A stretch of DNA of 62,897 bases, counting the filler, from Octopus bimaculoides (taxonomy: Eukaryota): assembly GCF_001194135.2 (NCBI RefSeq). It is 5 parts of 4 records of this genome, joined end to end, with 100 filler letters (N's around TTAATTAATTAA, not from the genome) between each part and the next. Parts side by side here need not be neighbours in the genome. Positions count along the whole stretch, not along the records: positions 13,617 to 27,956 come from NC_068992.1; positions 28,057 to 35,299 come from NC_069008.1; positions 35,400 to 57,809 come from NC_068988.1; 2 more parts are not named here. One strand, given 5' to 3'. Shown here in pieces: positions 26,186 through 38,781 of this stretch. The position numbers and the translations under genes were made by a program. Each line of letters starts with the position of its first letter. Positions within the stretch are counted from its first letter, which is position 1. The notes beneath the pieces were generated by a model, which worked only from the letters and a program-made list of their open reading frames with translations, had not been told where the DNA came from and did not search any database.

Positions 26186-27721
26186 TAATGCCTTACTTTA
26201 CAAGGCACTGCTTTATGAGATCCCAGGTTTACAAGTTTTATTTCATAATAAATATAAAAGGTTAAACAGCCATTCTGTGGAGTAAAATGACAGCATGAAA
26301 TTTCAATGTCTTGGTTTGCAAGTGCACTTTGTTGAAACAGATTATTATAAGCTAATTCTTCATGCTACACCAGAAAGGAGAAGGAGAGATGTCACAAGAG
26401 CACTGGTAGTGGATGGGATAACTTCACATCAGTGAGCGACAGGGCATCTCTGTCCATTTTTTTATGGTGTCTGAGGAAGAGGCAAGTTGTGCTACTATCA
26501 GTAGTGTGAAGTGATCCAAACTGGCAAGAGATCAGTAGAATCAACACATGATAACAACTGAATGATTTCACTGCGGTTGCCAATTTGGGATAAGAGCAAC
26601 TATATTTTCATGCCTTTAAACTACTTGCCATTTTTTAAACCCACCCAATATGTTTAAATGAAAGTGTACAACAGACTCCAATGGGAACAAAAAAAAAATG
26701 AAAAGCCATCACTTTGGAAATGAAGTATGAAATTGTAAAAATGCATGATGGTGCTACAACTGTGAAAAACATTTGTGGCAAATTTCCACTTAACTCATCA
26801 ACTGCCAGGACAATTCTTAAAGATAATCAAAAATATTTATCTCAAGTGAGAAATGTGCAGCCTTTGCAAGCTACCTGGGCTTGTAAAAGAGATGCTTGAA
26901 GCATCATCTGGAAATGGAATAATTTTTAGATGCATCGATAAGTGACAAAATACAACACATGCATATGAATGTTAATCAAGTGTCAATTTGTAGCAAAGCA
27001 TTGTCCCTTTTCAGTTTGCTTAAAGAAATGAAAAGTGACACAAACGAAATTTTTGTTGCAAGCAGAGGATAGTTTGATTGATTTAAAAATCGACATGAAT
27101 TGCATTCCATCAAAGTGCAAGGAGAAGGTCAAGTACTAATGTCAATGCAGCAGAAAAATTTCCAGAAACACTAGCAGCAATAATTGAAGAAGGGGGCTAC
27201 ATGCCACAACTGATTTTTGATATCGATGAAACAGAACTTTTCTGGAAACATGTCTTCCAGAAGTTACATTGCTAAGGAAGAATGTGCACTGTCTGGTTTT
27301 AAAGTTGCAAAAGATCGGCTGACATTATTATTTGGACGAAATGCATCTGAGGATTTAAAAGTAAAACCAATGCAAGTTTATCAAGTGGGAAATTCTAGGA
27401 CACTTAAAGACATCTTAAAAGGTACCCTTCCAGTCATGAGTCTAGTGTGAATGAAAGTGACTCAGAAAAGAATCATAATATTTTTTTATTATAAATGATT
27501 TTGACATTCTTTTACTTTACATAAAATATTCTTTACATTCTACTGTTGTTTTATTACCATTTATTCATGAGTACTATAAATTTTATAGGTAAAATATTTT
27601 TCTGGGAACGAATTACAATTTATAACATTGCTATTCTGGGAAATTATTGCTCTACTTTACATGTTTTTGTATTATGAGTGGCCTCTGGGAATGAATTAAC
27701 TCGTATATCAAGGCATTACTG
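26183..27721 (+). mobile_element. Tigger/pogo-like DNA transposon, defective
   Basis: TIRs cagtaatgccttactttacaag / reverse complement cagtaatgccttgatatacgag (18/22 identical), TA on both flanks; CENP-B-like HTH (EMKYEIVKMHDG..STARTILKD) and DDE_1 start (GFKVAKDRLTLLFGRNASEDLKVKPM). Confidence 0.9.
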
Positions 27722-27724
27722 TAT

Positions 27725-27772
<48 letters not shown>

Positions 27773-27775
<3 letters not shown>

Positions 27776-27956
27776 CTGGCGAAGAATGTACCCCACAACA
27801 TAGATTAGTAGTTAGCGACTTTGGGATCAAGGCAAAATGGGTGCCCAGAATTAGACCGGCTTGGAGGAGAAGGGTGTGGAAGCTTAAAGACCCTGCAAAT
27901 GGGCAGAGACTTAGAGACAAGTTACTTGAAGCAATTAACGAAATAGAAGGGGATAT
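27773..27956 (+). mobile_element. RTE LINE fragment (APE C-terminal region)
   Basis: Clear paralogue of 22822-22960 (gaagaatg.accccacaacatag..agt.attagcgactt). Confidence 0.85.
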
Positions 27957-28056
27957 NNNNNNNNNNNNNNNNNNNNNNNNNNNNNNNNNNNNNNNNNNNN
28001 TTAATTAATTAANNNNNNNNNNNNNNNNNNNNNNNNNNNNNNNNNNNNNNNNNNNN

Positions 28057-28942
28057 TTCTACACCTATAAGTGTAGAATGTTCCAAGTAAGAAACCAAGA
28101 TTAATCCTAACTGAATTCTTTTGATTTTAAAACTTAAAGGGTTGATAATAAGAATCATTTTTCGGAAGGGGAGGGTGGCCAGAACTGTGTCTTGACTGAT
28201 TCTGGTGAAATCAGTGACAGACGATGGGCAATGAACATCATTTCTGTCACTGTCTCTTGTCATACAACATATTGTCATACAATGGCGGGAATATGTAACA
28301 ATCCCCGCTTGTATCACAACAATATTGGATATTGGGTTGCTTAAGTCTTCACCAGATTCATCCATCTTTGCTTCCCTGGTTACAACCGAAGAACGTGGCC
28401 GAAATTTGTTGATTATTTTTGGTGCCTCAATTGTTTTGTGTTTGTCTTGCAAAACATTCGTCTTTATGTATTGTTCCAGAAAACATTCAAGATTTGCAAA
28501 AATAGTAAAATCTTGGTTGTAATTATACTTCTTAATGTCTTTCTGCAAAATTTCTATTTTCTGTGTAAAATCTTTGAGAAAAGTATTTTCATCCATTCCT
28601 ATACTTTTTAAAACAGTACATATTTCTTCCCGAGAATTAATCAACAAATTCATTTTGTCTTCATATGCATTGAACCTTGTATAATATACACGTTTGTCAA
28701 AAACATCTCGTTTTCTAATTATTTCCCAGTTTTTATGGTCTCCTTTATGTCTTTTTTGTTTTGTTGTTGGCTGTGATGAAGATCGTTTCTGTGATATTTC
28801 CTGCCTTGAACCATCATCTCTCACATATCTACACTTTTTATGATAGACACCTTCTTCTCTTTCTGATGTTGAGTCCCAGAAGGATCTTTTCAGGGATGTA
28901 AGTCTTCTTGAAGTGTTTTCTGATTTGTCTTCCATAGTGATT
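28057..28942 (-). CDS. Large coding exon: charged N-terminus, coiled-coil, then probable NHL-like beta-propeller (TRIM/NHL-like family); 3' end lost in gap
   Basis: Uninterrupted ~293-codon frame from ATG 28935 to the gap; acceptor ttttctttatag at 28943-44, 7 nt upstream of the ATG; blade-like VTDFTRISQDTVLATLPFRKMILIIN. Confidence 0.6.
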
Positions 28943-29009
28943 CTATAAAGAAAACAATTAGCTTAGTGAAAATGTCAAAGTTTCAGGGACATAACGATTA
29001 CTTTATTAT

Positions 29010-29450
29010 TTCAAATACTCAAAGGCAACAGGCTGCCGAGGTCGACTTTGCCATTTATCTCTTTGGGGTCAATAAATTAGGTACCAGTTGAGTACTGGGG
29101 TTCATGTGAGAGACTGTTCCCCTCCCCACAAAACCCAGGCCTTGTGCCTATTGTAGAAAAGATTATTTTAAATACACAAAACATTTCTATCAAAGGTAGT
29201 CGAGTTAACATTTATTCAACTTTTCCCATATAATCCTTTCTACTAAAGGCACAAGGCCTAAAGTTTGGTGGGAGGGGACGAGTCGATTACATCGACCCCC
29301 AGTGTTTCACTGGTACTTAATTTATAGACCACAAAAGGATGAAAGGAAAAGTCGACCTTGGCAGAATTTGAACTCAGAACATAGCAACGGGTGAAACACT
29401 GCAAAGCATCTTTCCCAGTGTGCTAACAATTTTGCCAGTCTGTTGCCTTA
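29010..29450. mobile_element. Tail-to-tail pair of SINE family A (+ 29010-29168; - 29230-29450)
   Basis: Family A central domain and ccttgtgcct..gtagaaa.gattat tails in opposite orientation. Confidence 0.85.
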
Positions 29451-30679
29451 TTTTTCCAGTAAAATGATTAGCAACAAACATCTTATCACATTCTATTGTA
29501 TTAATTAATACAACAGGGGCCAAGTTGATTTCATTGACCCCCCAGTACTCAACTGGTACTTATTTTATTNNNNNNNNNNNNNNNNNNNNNNNNNNNNNNN
29601 NNNNNNNNNNNNNNNNNNNNNNNNNNNNNNNNNNNNNNNNNNNNNNNNNNNNNNNNNNNNNNNNNNNNNNNNNNNNNNNNNNNNNNNNNNNNNNNNNNNN
29701 NNNNNNNNNNNNNNNNNNNNNNNNNNNNNNNNNNNNNNNNNNNNNNNNNNNNNNNNNNNNNNNNNNNNNNNNNNNNNNNNNNNNNNNNNNNNNNNNNNNN
29801 NNNNNNNNNNNNNNNNNNNNNNNNNNATAAATATTAACAATAATTATATAAACTGGAAATGATATTTGTTTTCAACATCAGAAAATAATAGTCAAGTGTG
29901 GTTTAGACTTTTTTTAACAATAATTAATTTAAGAAATATACCTGCTCCTTAATGTGCTCAATAACGAGATATTCTAATCAGTAGAGAAAATTAACTTTAA
30001 TTGGTATAAATGCTATATTATGTCCCAACACACAGCAATCATGTTCAAACTTCGTTAACACGGAACAATTAGCAAAACATAGACTTTATGTTTCATAGAC
30101 ATTTGTCAGATACAAGACAGACTGAACATTTTGCTAGTTAGATGGAATATAAGTATTCCTAATGATTATATGTACTGGAAATGATGGGACTGTCGTGGTT
30201 GGCTTGGTTTCCATCATAGTTACCTGGATTAAGAGATATCAATAAAGCTGGAGATGAAACTGGTTCTTAACCTGAAACATGCTGTAAATCTCTCCACATT
30301 TCAATATAATCCACACAATTATCATAGACAACATTGATTAAACTTGGAAAGCTTATCAAAAGATGGGCTTTCATATAATCACACTGATACACAGCATGTT
30401 GAGAGGATCGTTATTATTTGTTCTTGATTGAGATAATAAAGATTGGTTAATGAATCATACATGGTAGCAATAAGCCCAACTAATGAAAGGTAGGTTCATC
30501 CTAATTATAAAAATTTTAATTGATTTAAAATATTTGATTGTTTAAGTAATGAATGAGTTTTATTGCAGAGATTACCGTAAAGTATATGAAGGGATCAAAG
30601 TCTGTATTCCGTATCCCTAAAATTTATTTTACAAATTACAAATTTACATTGAAATATAAAATTCCCAATTTTATATATT

Positions 30680-31000
30680 GGTGTGGGCATGGCTGTGTGG
30701 TAAGTAGCTTGCTTACCAACCACATGGTTCTGGGTTCTGTCCCACTGCATGGCACCTTGGGCTAGTGTCTTCTACTATAATCTTGGGCCGACCAAAGCCT
30801 TGTGAGTGGATTTAGTGGCTGGAAACTGAAAGAAGCCTGTTGTATAAATGTGTGTGTGTGTGTGTGTCTTTTTCTGATAGAATAAGTATTAGACTTATAA
30901 AATAAGTCCTGGGGTCAATTTGTTCAACTAAAACCCTCGAAGGCGGTGCTCCAGCATGGCTACAGTCAAATGATTGAAGCAAGTAAAAGAATAAAAGAAT
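30680..31000 (+). mobile_element. tRNA-derived SINE family B (best copy in window)
   Basis: A box ggctgtgtggtaagtagcttgc, B box ggttctgggttctgtccc, body gcaccttgggctagtgtcttctactata, tail ggcggtgctccagcatggctacagtcaaatgattgaagcaagtaaaaga. Confidence 0.88.
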
Positions 31001-31811
31001 ACTTTGTTTTCTTTGTTTGAAAATTTGTCAAATAATTTTTACATACTTTAATAAAATATAAATTTTTTATTGCTTTATTTAAAAAATAATTGAAATGCTG
31101 GACACATTTTCTACTCTATATATCATGAGAAAATAACACAAATCGGGATAGAAAAAGAGTGTATATATACATATATATATGTGTGTGTGTGTGTGTATAG
31201 GTCATAAATAGTTCCCATTATTCAAACATGTAGTTGTTTAATAAAATATCTAGAAGATTTTGTAAGTCAGCAGTCCCACAAATATATGCAGCTAAAATAT
31301 GTAGCAGACCTGAAATTTGATACTAGGGTTTATATAATCAATTAAACTCACCACAGCAATGCACCTGCATGGCATGGTTCAGTGACTTTAAAAGAGAAAA
31401 ACCCATAACCCACATATTACATACATAGCTTGAAATGTCTCTGCCAACACTACTATTTAGTCTGTTAACCTATTTCTATCTATAAACGACATACCCACTC
31501 TTCAATCATTATTCACCATTTTCTTATCTATGAATCGACACACCCACTCTTCAATCATTATTCACCATTTTCTTATCTATGAATCAACACTTTTCAAAAG
31601 CCTTTCTTGCTCAATTCATCTGATAATTCCACAGAACTCACCAATAATTTTTCTAAATTAAACAAATTTTAAGATAGATTGTTGTTTAAAATAAAATATT
31701 TAAATGTAATCTACGAAATTATATTTAAAATATAATCCTTTTTAGACTTAAGAAGATATTAAAGTTTCATAATGTAAAAAGAACACAATCTATAAAATTA
31801 AAATCATACTT

Positions 31812-32052
31812 TCAAAATTTGGCACAAGGCCAGCAACTTTGGGGAGGTGTTAAGTCGATTAGATTCACCCCAGTGTTCAACTGGTACTTATTTTATCTTA
31901 CCCTGAAAGAATGAAAGGCAAATTTGATCCCAGCAGAATTTGAACTCAGAAAGTAAACATCACGGTGGTGCACCAGCATGACCGCAGCCACTTGGCTGAA
32001 ACACATAAATAAATAAATAAATATGAAATACCGCTGGGCATTTTGCTTGCGG
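31812..32052 (-). mobile_element. SINE family A interrupted by a family B-like tail (about 31962-32020)
   Basis: Family A body stops at gaactcagaaag and resumes at gaaataccgctgggcatttt. Confidence 0.6.
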
Positions 32053-32119
32053 AATAAAGTATTAAAACATTTCAATTGTTTTTATAAATATCAAATGTAT
32101 TTAAAATGTAGCATATATA

Positions 32120-32572
32120 TTAGCATTTAAACTGTCATGTCCAGCCTTAATATTTTATTTGTTTTATACTCAAACCAACCAGATCTGGCCTCTTGTACTT
32201 ACCCTTGTATGTCATTCTAAAAGTGCAACAATCATATTATTAAATTCTCAAAGCTACAAGATAGTACATGATCAATTTGAAATAATCCTTTCTATTAAAG
32301 GCACAGGCACTGAAATTTGGTGGGAGGGGAGTCGTTGATTACATCAACCCCCAGTGTTTCACTGGTACTTAATTTATCAACCCTGAAAGGACAAAAAGCA
32401 AAGTTGACCTTGGCAGAATTTGAACTAAGAACATAAACACAGACAAAAGCTGTAAAACATTTTGTTCAGCATACTGACGATTCTGCCACCTTACCACCAT
32501 CATTAATTCAAAAATAATGTGAAGAAATAAGCTTTATATTTGATAGGAAAAATCTGAATGCTAAAGAGTTAA
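32120..32572. mobile_element. piggyBac-type MITE remnant with a SINE A (-, 32286-32495) inserted
   Basis: Left ttagcattt and right aatgctaaagagttaa are complementary TIR remnants ending in TTAA; body (ccagatctggcctc..caatgtcatt) recurs at 62320-62490. Confidence 0.5.
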
Positions 32573-32799
32573 AATATATTAAAATTATGGTTTCTAATGT
32601 TGATGATTAGCTTAAAGTTAACTCACTAGCAAGTAAGCTTATAGTTAAAGAGTGACCTAGCCACAACCATCTTTTATTTTTCATTATCTATGGTATTTAG
32701 GTCACATACCAGTGGTAATCTTGTATGTAATTAGGTTAAACAGCAGTTATAATATATATCTTCTATATAATTTTTTGGGTAATTTTATTCATATATGAT

Positions 32800-33237
32800 G
32801 ACTGGTACCTGTGCCAGTGGGGCACAAATGGCACCGTCTGAGCGTGATCATTGCCAGAGCAGCTGTCTAGCTTCCGTGCCAGTGGCACGTAAATAGCACC
32901 ATTTGAATGTGATCATTACCAGTGTCGCCTTACTGGCACTTTAGAAAACATTTGAGCAAGGTCGTTGCCAGTGCCACTGGACTGGCTCCTGTGCAGGTGG
33001 CATGTAAAAAACACCATTTTGAGTGTGGCCGTTGTCAGTACCACCTGACTGACCCTCGTGCTGGTGGCACATAAAAGCACCAACTACACTCTTGGAGTGG
33101 TTGGTGTTAGGAAGGGCATCCAGCTGTAGAAGCTCTTCCAAATCAGATTGGAGCCTGGTGTAGCCACCTGGTTCACCAGTCCTCAGTCAAATCGTCCAAC
33201 CCATGCTAGCATGGAAAGCAGACGTTAAACGATGATG
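32800..33237 (+). mobile_element. RTE-type 3' end (LINE 3' UTR or derived SINE)
   Basis: Ends ccatgctagcatggaaagcagacgttaaacgatgatg; its reverse complement is at 57955-58131. Confidence 0.8.
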
Positions 33238-34409
33238 TATATATATATATGTGTGTGTGTTTGTGTGAATAAAATTACCAGAAAATTTTACATTTTTACT
33301 CAAAATTTAATATTCAAATAAAAATCAGTTTAAAAAAAACTATGTTGCTTGAAAGGAAAAAAAAATATGATCCCTTGGCAAAATTGACAGAACATCAGAT
33401 GAAATAACTTGTGATATTCTATCGTGATTCTCTACTTTCTGAGTTCAAATCCTAGAAAGGTCAACTTTGCCTTTTATCAACAGTGGTTGATAAATATAAT
33501 ACCAGACTAAGGTGTTGGTCAAGTGGAACCATTAGACATTGGATGAGATGTCTTATAGTATTTGTTCTGGCTCTTTGTGATTTCAGTTCAAATCCCACGG
33601 TGACCTACCTGAGCAGTAGATTTAATCTACTGAACTAGGGGTTATCTCCCAAAAGGAGCCCCAAGTGTCCTTTTAGCAGTGTATTTCTCTATTTTATGCA
33701 TTTCTGTTCAATCACCTGTTTTGAGGAAATCTTCCTGTCACCCACCAGTCTCAGAGACCCTGGAAAAATAAAGGGTCATAGGCAGGGCCCTTCTCTCCTT
33801 GATTGAATGTATAAATATATGAAGTTTAGGATAAAATAACTAATTAATTTTTCAGCTGTAAAATTGATTTAGAAATCATAAAAATTCACTGTAAACTACC
33901 AAAAATACTGTTTCATTTGATATAAACATTTTAATTTCCTTATTTTCCATCAGTTTTAACATAGTTACAACCAAACTATACTTTAGGTTATATTCTGTAA
34001 AAGTAAATGAAATGTTTTATTTGGTAATATAACAACTGTAAAATGTTTTAAGTTTCTTATAAAATATTATCTGAAAATAAGCAAGTTTGTACATACATTT
34101 TTGAAATAGTTCTAATGAATCTTCAGTGAGGTAAAAGTATTAGTAAATTGTCTGTTAATCAAAATAATTATCGCAATAAGATTTATATTTACCAGCCTCA
34201 GTGACTATGTTCCAGATTCAACCTGAAGTCTCTTTATTTCTCAGCAAAATATTGTTAAACCACTTCAGTCCAGCAGTCACATAGATATGACTTCTGCAGC
34301 AGTTAACATGGGATTGATAACATACAAGAAAGAAGTTTATAGCTGTGTGGGCGTTACCTTGACAACTTTTGTGTATTTGTTTAAATGTATGGTATGTGTA
34401 TATTTGTAA

Positions 34410-34474
<65 letters not shown>

Positions 34475-34647
34475 CGTGGACAATTGTCCGCGTTAGTGGT
34501 CAACGTTATTTTTTTTAAATGTACCTTAATCCCCTGAGATTGCAGATACTATTTCTGAATCTCTTTGATTCTTTAGATGTGCTGGCCTCCTGATAATTAA
34601 TCGATATTAATTAATATATGATTAATTACCAGATTTTATAATAATAT

Positions 34648-34690
<43 letters not shown>

Positions 34691-35399
34691 ATATAATATT
34701 ACATATATGTATTTAATATTATATATATATATATGTACACACATATATGTGTGTGTATATACATCTATACTTTAATGGAAAAAAGTTGTTTATTTTTCCA
34801 TTATGTAACAATTATTAAAAGTACTAAAAGAAAGCAATATTCAAAGCCTGACTGCCTCGAAATATTTTTTTATAAATTCATGTTCTAAGAAATTTCCTAT
34901 AATTTCAATTTCTGAAGTTTATTGAATTTTTATTTAACTCCAAATTTTCACAAATTTAAATATTCATTGCATTCACTGCGGAGTAGATCTTAATGCTTAA
35001 TAATAAGCATTATTAATTTGTTGCGGGCAACATTTTACGTTTTTATTTGCAAGTTTCTCATTCTCACTTGCATCTATTTTCATTAACGATAATTTAATAA
35101 TAACCGTAACTTTGATACGAGACACAATTTCCAGAATATTATCAGTTCCCAGAGTTTGCTAAATGAATATTTTTGATAAAATGAAAATTCTTTACTATAC
35201 CAGTACCATTTTTTTTTTTTAAATGAAGAAGTGATTTTGTTGGTATGCTTAATAATAAGCATTATTAATTTGTTGCGGGCAACATTTTACGTTTTTATTN
35301 NNNNNNNNNNNNNNNNNNNNNNNNNNNNNNNNNNNNNNNNNNNTTAATTAATTAANNNNNNNNNNNNNNNNNNNNNNNNNNNNNNNNNNNNNNNNNNNN

Positions 35400-35458
<59 letters not shown>

Positions 35459-37583
35459 GTATATATATATATAAACACACACACACACACGCACACGTAT
35501 ATACATGCATTCATACTTACATACACATTTATAAAAAAACTTAGACAAATACACCATTGAAATTCTATATTAAGTATTGATTCTAATATTATCTTGATAT
35601 TGTGCAAACCCAAACAGATCGGATTTTTACAGCAAGTGCTGCATAATTGAAGAATAGTGCAAGAGGGTGATTTTTCAAGACAAAAATAAAGAAAACCCCC
35701 AAAATATTGGAAAACAAAAAATAATTATGCATAGAATATAACAGGTAACCCATCAATAAACTATAACTAAATGAAACTAAAAAAAAAAAATCTTGAGTAA
35801 GAAGATAATCAAGTAAAACTTTTATTAAAAAGTACAAAATAGCTCCTTATAATTTTATTAGTTATATCTTGTAAAAATTAAAACCACATTTAAAAACATA
35901 TATAAAGAGAGAGATCTTATTTTTGTATATACTTTTGGAAATAATATTTTAAAGATAAAAACGTATTGAAGAACATTTACAGATTTTCTTATCGACACTA
36001 AGAAATATAGGATAAGAAATACGAAAACGAACTGTGATCGATAAACAGCCACACTACTTAAGAACTACAATAAAACATTAATATAATATGAAGAAAAGTA
36101 AATGAAAACTTGTTTTCTATTAGTTTGCTTAAGAAACTCGAAAACGGATAAGAGATGCTGCGTGTCTTTTAGTTAGAAAAACAATAACGAAATTAATCGA
36201 TAATACACAACCAGGACTGTTTATCTTAAGTTTCATAGCGTACAGTTGCATCTGGCAAAGTCGATAGAAAGCCGCACCTGTAGCTGAGTAAGTTTAATAC
36301 TTCGTATCTTGTCAAATCTACTTGGTTGAGTCTGAAGCAAATACAATTACCGCTCAATTCTAAGTCCTCCGTTTAGGTGTAAATAATTATATTTTATACC
36401 ACTGCATTTTCTTTTAAACAGACTGAGCTCAATGTCGTTAACTTGACTTATAGCGCTAATCAATATTCTAGACGAATAAAAAACTTCTGGTGTTTACTTT
36501 TTTGAAACCCATATTAGTAATACAGTTAAAATTCCAGTATGTTAAAGAAATATAGAAAAAGAAAATCGTTTAACAATGGTCGGGGGCATAGCTGTGTGGT
36601 TCAGAACTTTTACTTTGTAACAAAGCGTCATTTGGTTCGATTCTCATTTGCGTCGAGACTTAGACATATATATCATCTATTATAATCTCTTTTGACCAGC
36701 ATCTTGGAACCAAAACTTAATTGGGGGAATCTGTATGTATGTATGTATATGTAAATAATTAAATATACATGTGTGTGTGAATGTGTGCACATGTGTGTGT
36801 GAATGTGTGCACATGTGTGTGTTTATCAACATCGGTGCAAACGGTGCGAAGAGTGGCATTTCTTTGCATCAAATTGTATCTTAACCTTATGACGATTAGA
36901 AATCTACAAACCGATTAACTTAAGCGATTTAAAAAAAAAGTTGGGGACACAACGGACGACAAACATAGAAAGGCTCTGACCCAGTATAGAAGCAACCCAA
37001 TGACTAAAATCAATAAAACACTACGAGGATAAATTCACGTGATTTTGTGTGTACGAGCGAGCCTAATGTGTGTGTGTGTGTTTATATCATAAATTATGAA
37101 AATGTTCTTGAATGATGCCATGCTTGGCTCGTTCTTTATCTATTATGATGTACATCGTCCCTAGCCATATTTGGTCGGCAATTTAAGCACCACTTTCTGC
37201 AGTTGAAGCCGGAATTTCAGTTGCATACCAAACTACTGAACACTCACAGTACATACGTATCACCTATAACATTATGTCCATTGACGAAAATGTTTTGTAA
37301 AAAAAGACAACATACATATATACATACATACACACACACACACACTAACACACACACACACACACATATATATACACGTTCAATGCACTGATTCTTGTCG
37401 GATAACCGAAAGTAAGCAACGTTGAGCCTATTAAGTACTTAGATGGATCATGCTTGGGAGGCCTAGTTGCTCTACGCAGCTCGTACTTTACTATATATAC
37501 AAAAATACGTCTGGTTAAAACACAGATGTGTATGTATGTACGTATGTATGTATATATATATACACATACATATATATATATAT

Positions 37584-37644
<61 letters not shown>

Positions 37645-38236
37645 TATGCTTTATTTAGTTACTTTAGTATATACATGCATGCATGTATGCATAAATATGC
37701 GCGCAGACGCACAGAGAGACACTCAGCAATGCACACACACATGCAATTTACTCGCTAAATGTTACATATTAATTTTGTATATTATTCATCTGTCATATTC
37801 GTAGTTTACATTTACAGAATTTTCTTTAATACCTCGACTTTATGGTATATCATTAATTCTACTACGTGTTTTGGCTTAATAATTGTGGCCTTCTTTTTCA
37901 TAAGTTACTGTTTTTCATAACATGCTCAGTAAGAATAGTGCATTTCTTCGATTTCCAGGATTCATATGATAAGCATTTTAGATGATTTATTTTGATTTTA
38001 CTTACATTTAGGATGTTGCTTCATTTAGGTAAAATCTATTTTTTTAAACTGGATTTAGACTTCAGTATTTTGGTTTACTTAATTATCGAATCTTGTAGAT
38101 TCATAAACAGTTTTAAAGGTAGTGACTGTTTATATGCCATGCATATAAAAACAACAGCTAAAATGCCTTTGTTATATAATACATCCATGTTTTGCTTCTC
38201 TATTAAAAATGCACTCTGACTGACAATTATTTAATA

Positions 38237-38781
38237 CTAGCTTAGAAGCCGCACCCCATGCGCACTCTTCAGTTGGCTCCCGTGGAGCACTAATTGGGCC
38301 TGCGACAAAAAAACCAAAGAGTTCTAATTAGCATGACTATAATACGTGTATAATCGCTATATGGCTTGGTGGTACTTGATCAGAAGTTAAAGAAAGACGG
38401 ATGAGAGGTAATTCTGTAATGCAATCTTTTTATTGTTCCAGACCCAAGTTGAACTCCAACTTTTGGCCCCTTTGTTCCAAAGTTCTTATTGTAAAATTAA
38501 CGAAGCGAATGTCATTTATCTCCCCCTTGATCTCTGACGTCATCTGACAAATACCACCAAGATGGCGTGTATCAGACACACATTACCTGCCAGAAATAGC
38601 AACCCAAACGCTTTTATATTAGATGCTAATGATGTATGTTCAAGAACTAAGTGAAGATAGATTCTCAATCTCAGGATCATCCTGATTCCAGAAAGGTATG
38701 ATATGTCTATGTAGAGTAAATGTAGGCTGAGGTACAGAGATTCCAGACGGACAGACGGATTTTCCCTTTTAGTATTATAGA
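38237..38781 (-). mobile_element. Non-autonomous Helitron
   Basis: Minus strand A|TCTATAATACTAAAAGGG...cgca-tgggg-tgcg-gcttctaagCTAG|T; terminal TC and CTAG, A|T target and subterminal hairpin. Confidence 0.7.

Noticed and set aside
30680-30760. tRNA-like sequences (also the heads of SINE A and C)
   Set aside because: They have only A/B boxes without a complete cloverleaf, and continue into repeated SINE bodies, so they are not tRNA genes
31482-31590. Short local tandem duplications (also 4971-5014, 11588-11630, 43690-43730, 48230-48285, 49308-49340)
   Set aside because: Ordinary slippage products with no further structure
34993-35299. ~55-bp direct repeat (34993 and 35244) containing two small hairpins
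   Set aside because: The second copy ends exactly at a spacer-marked gap, so a contig-end artefact is likely and cannot be separated from a real duplication
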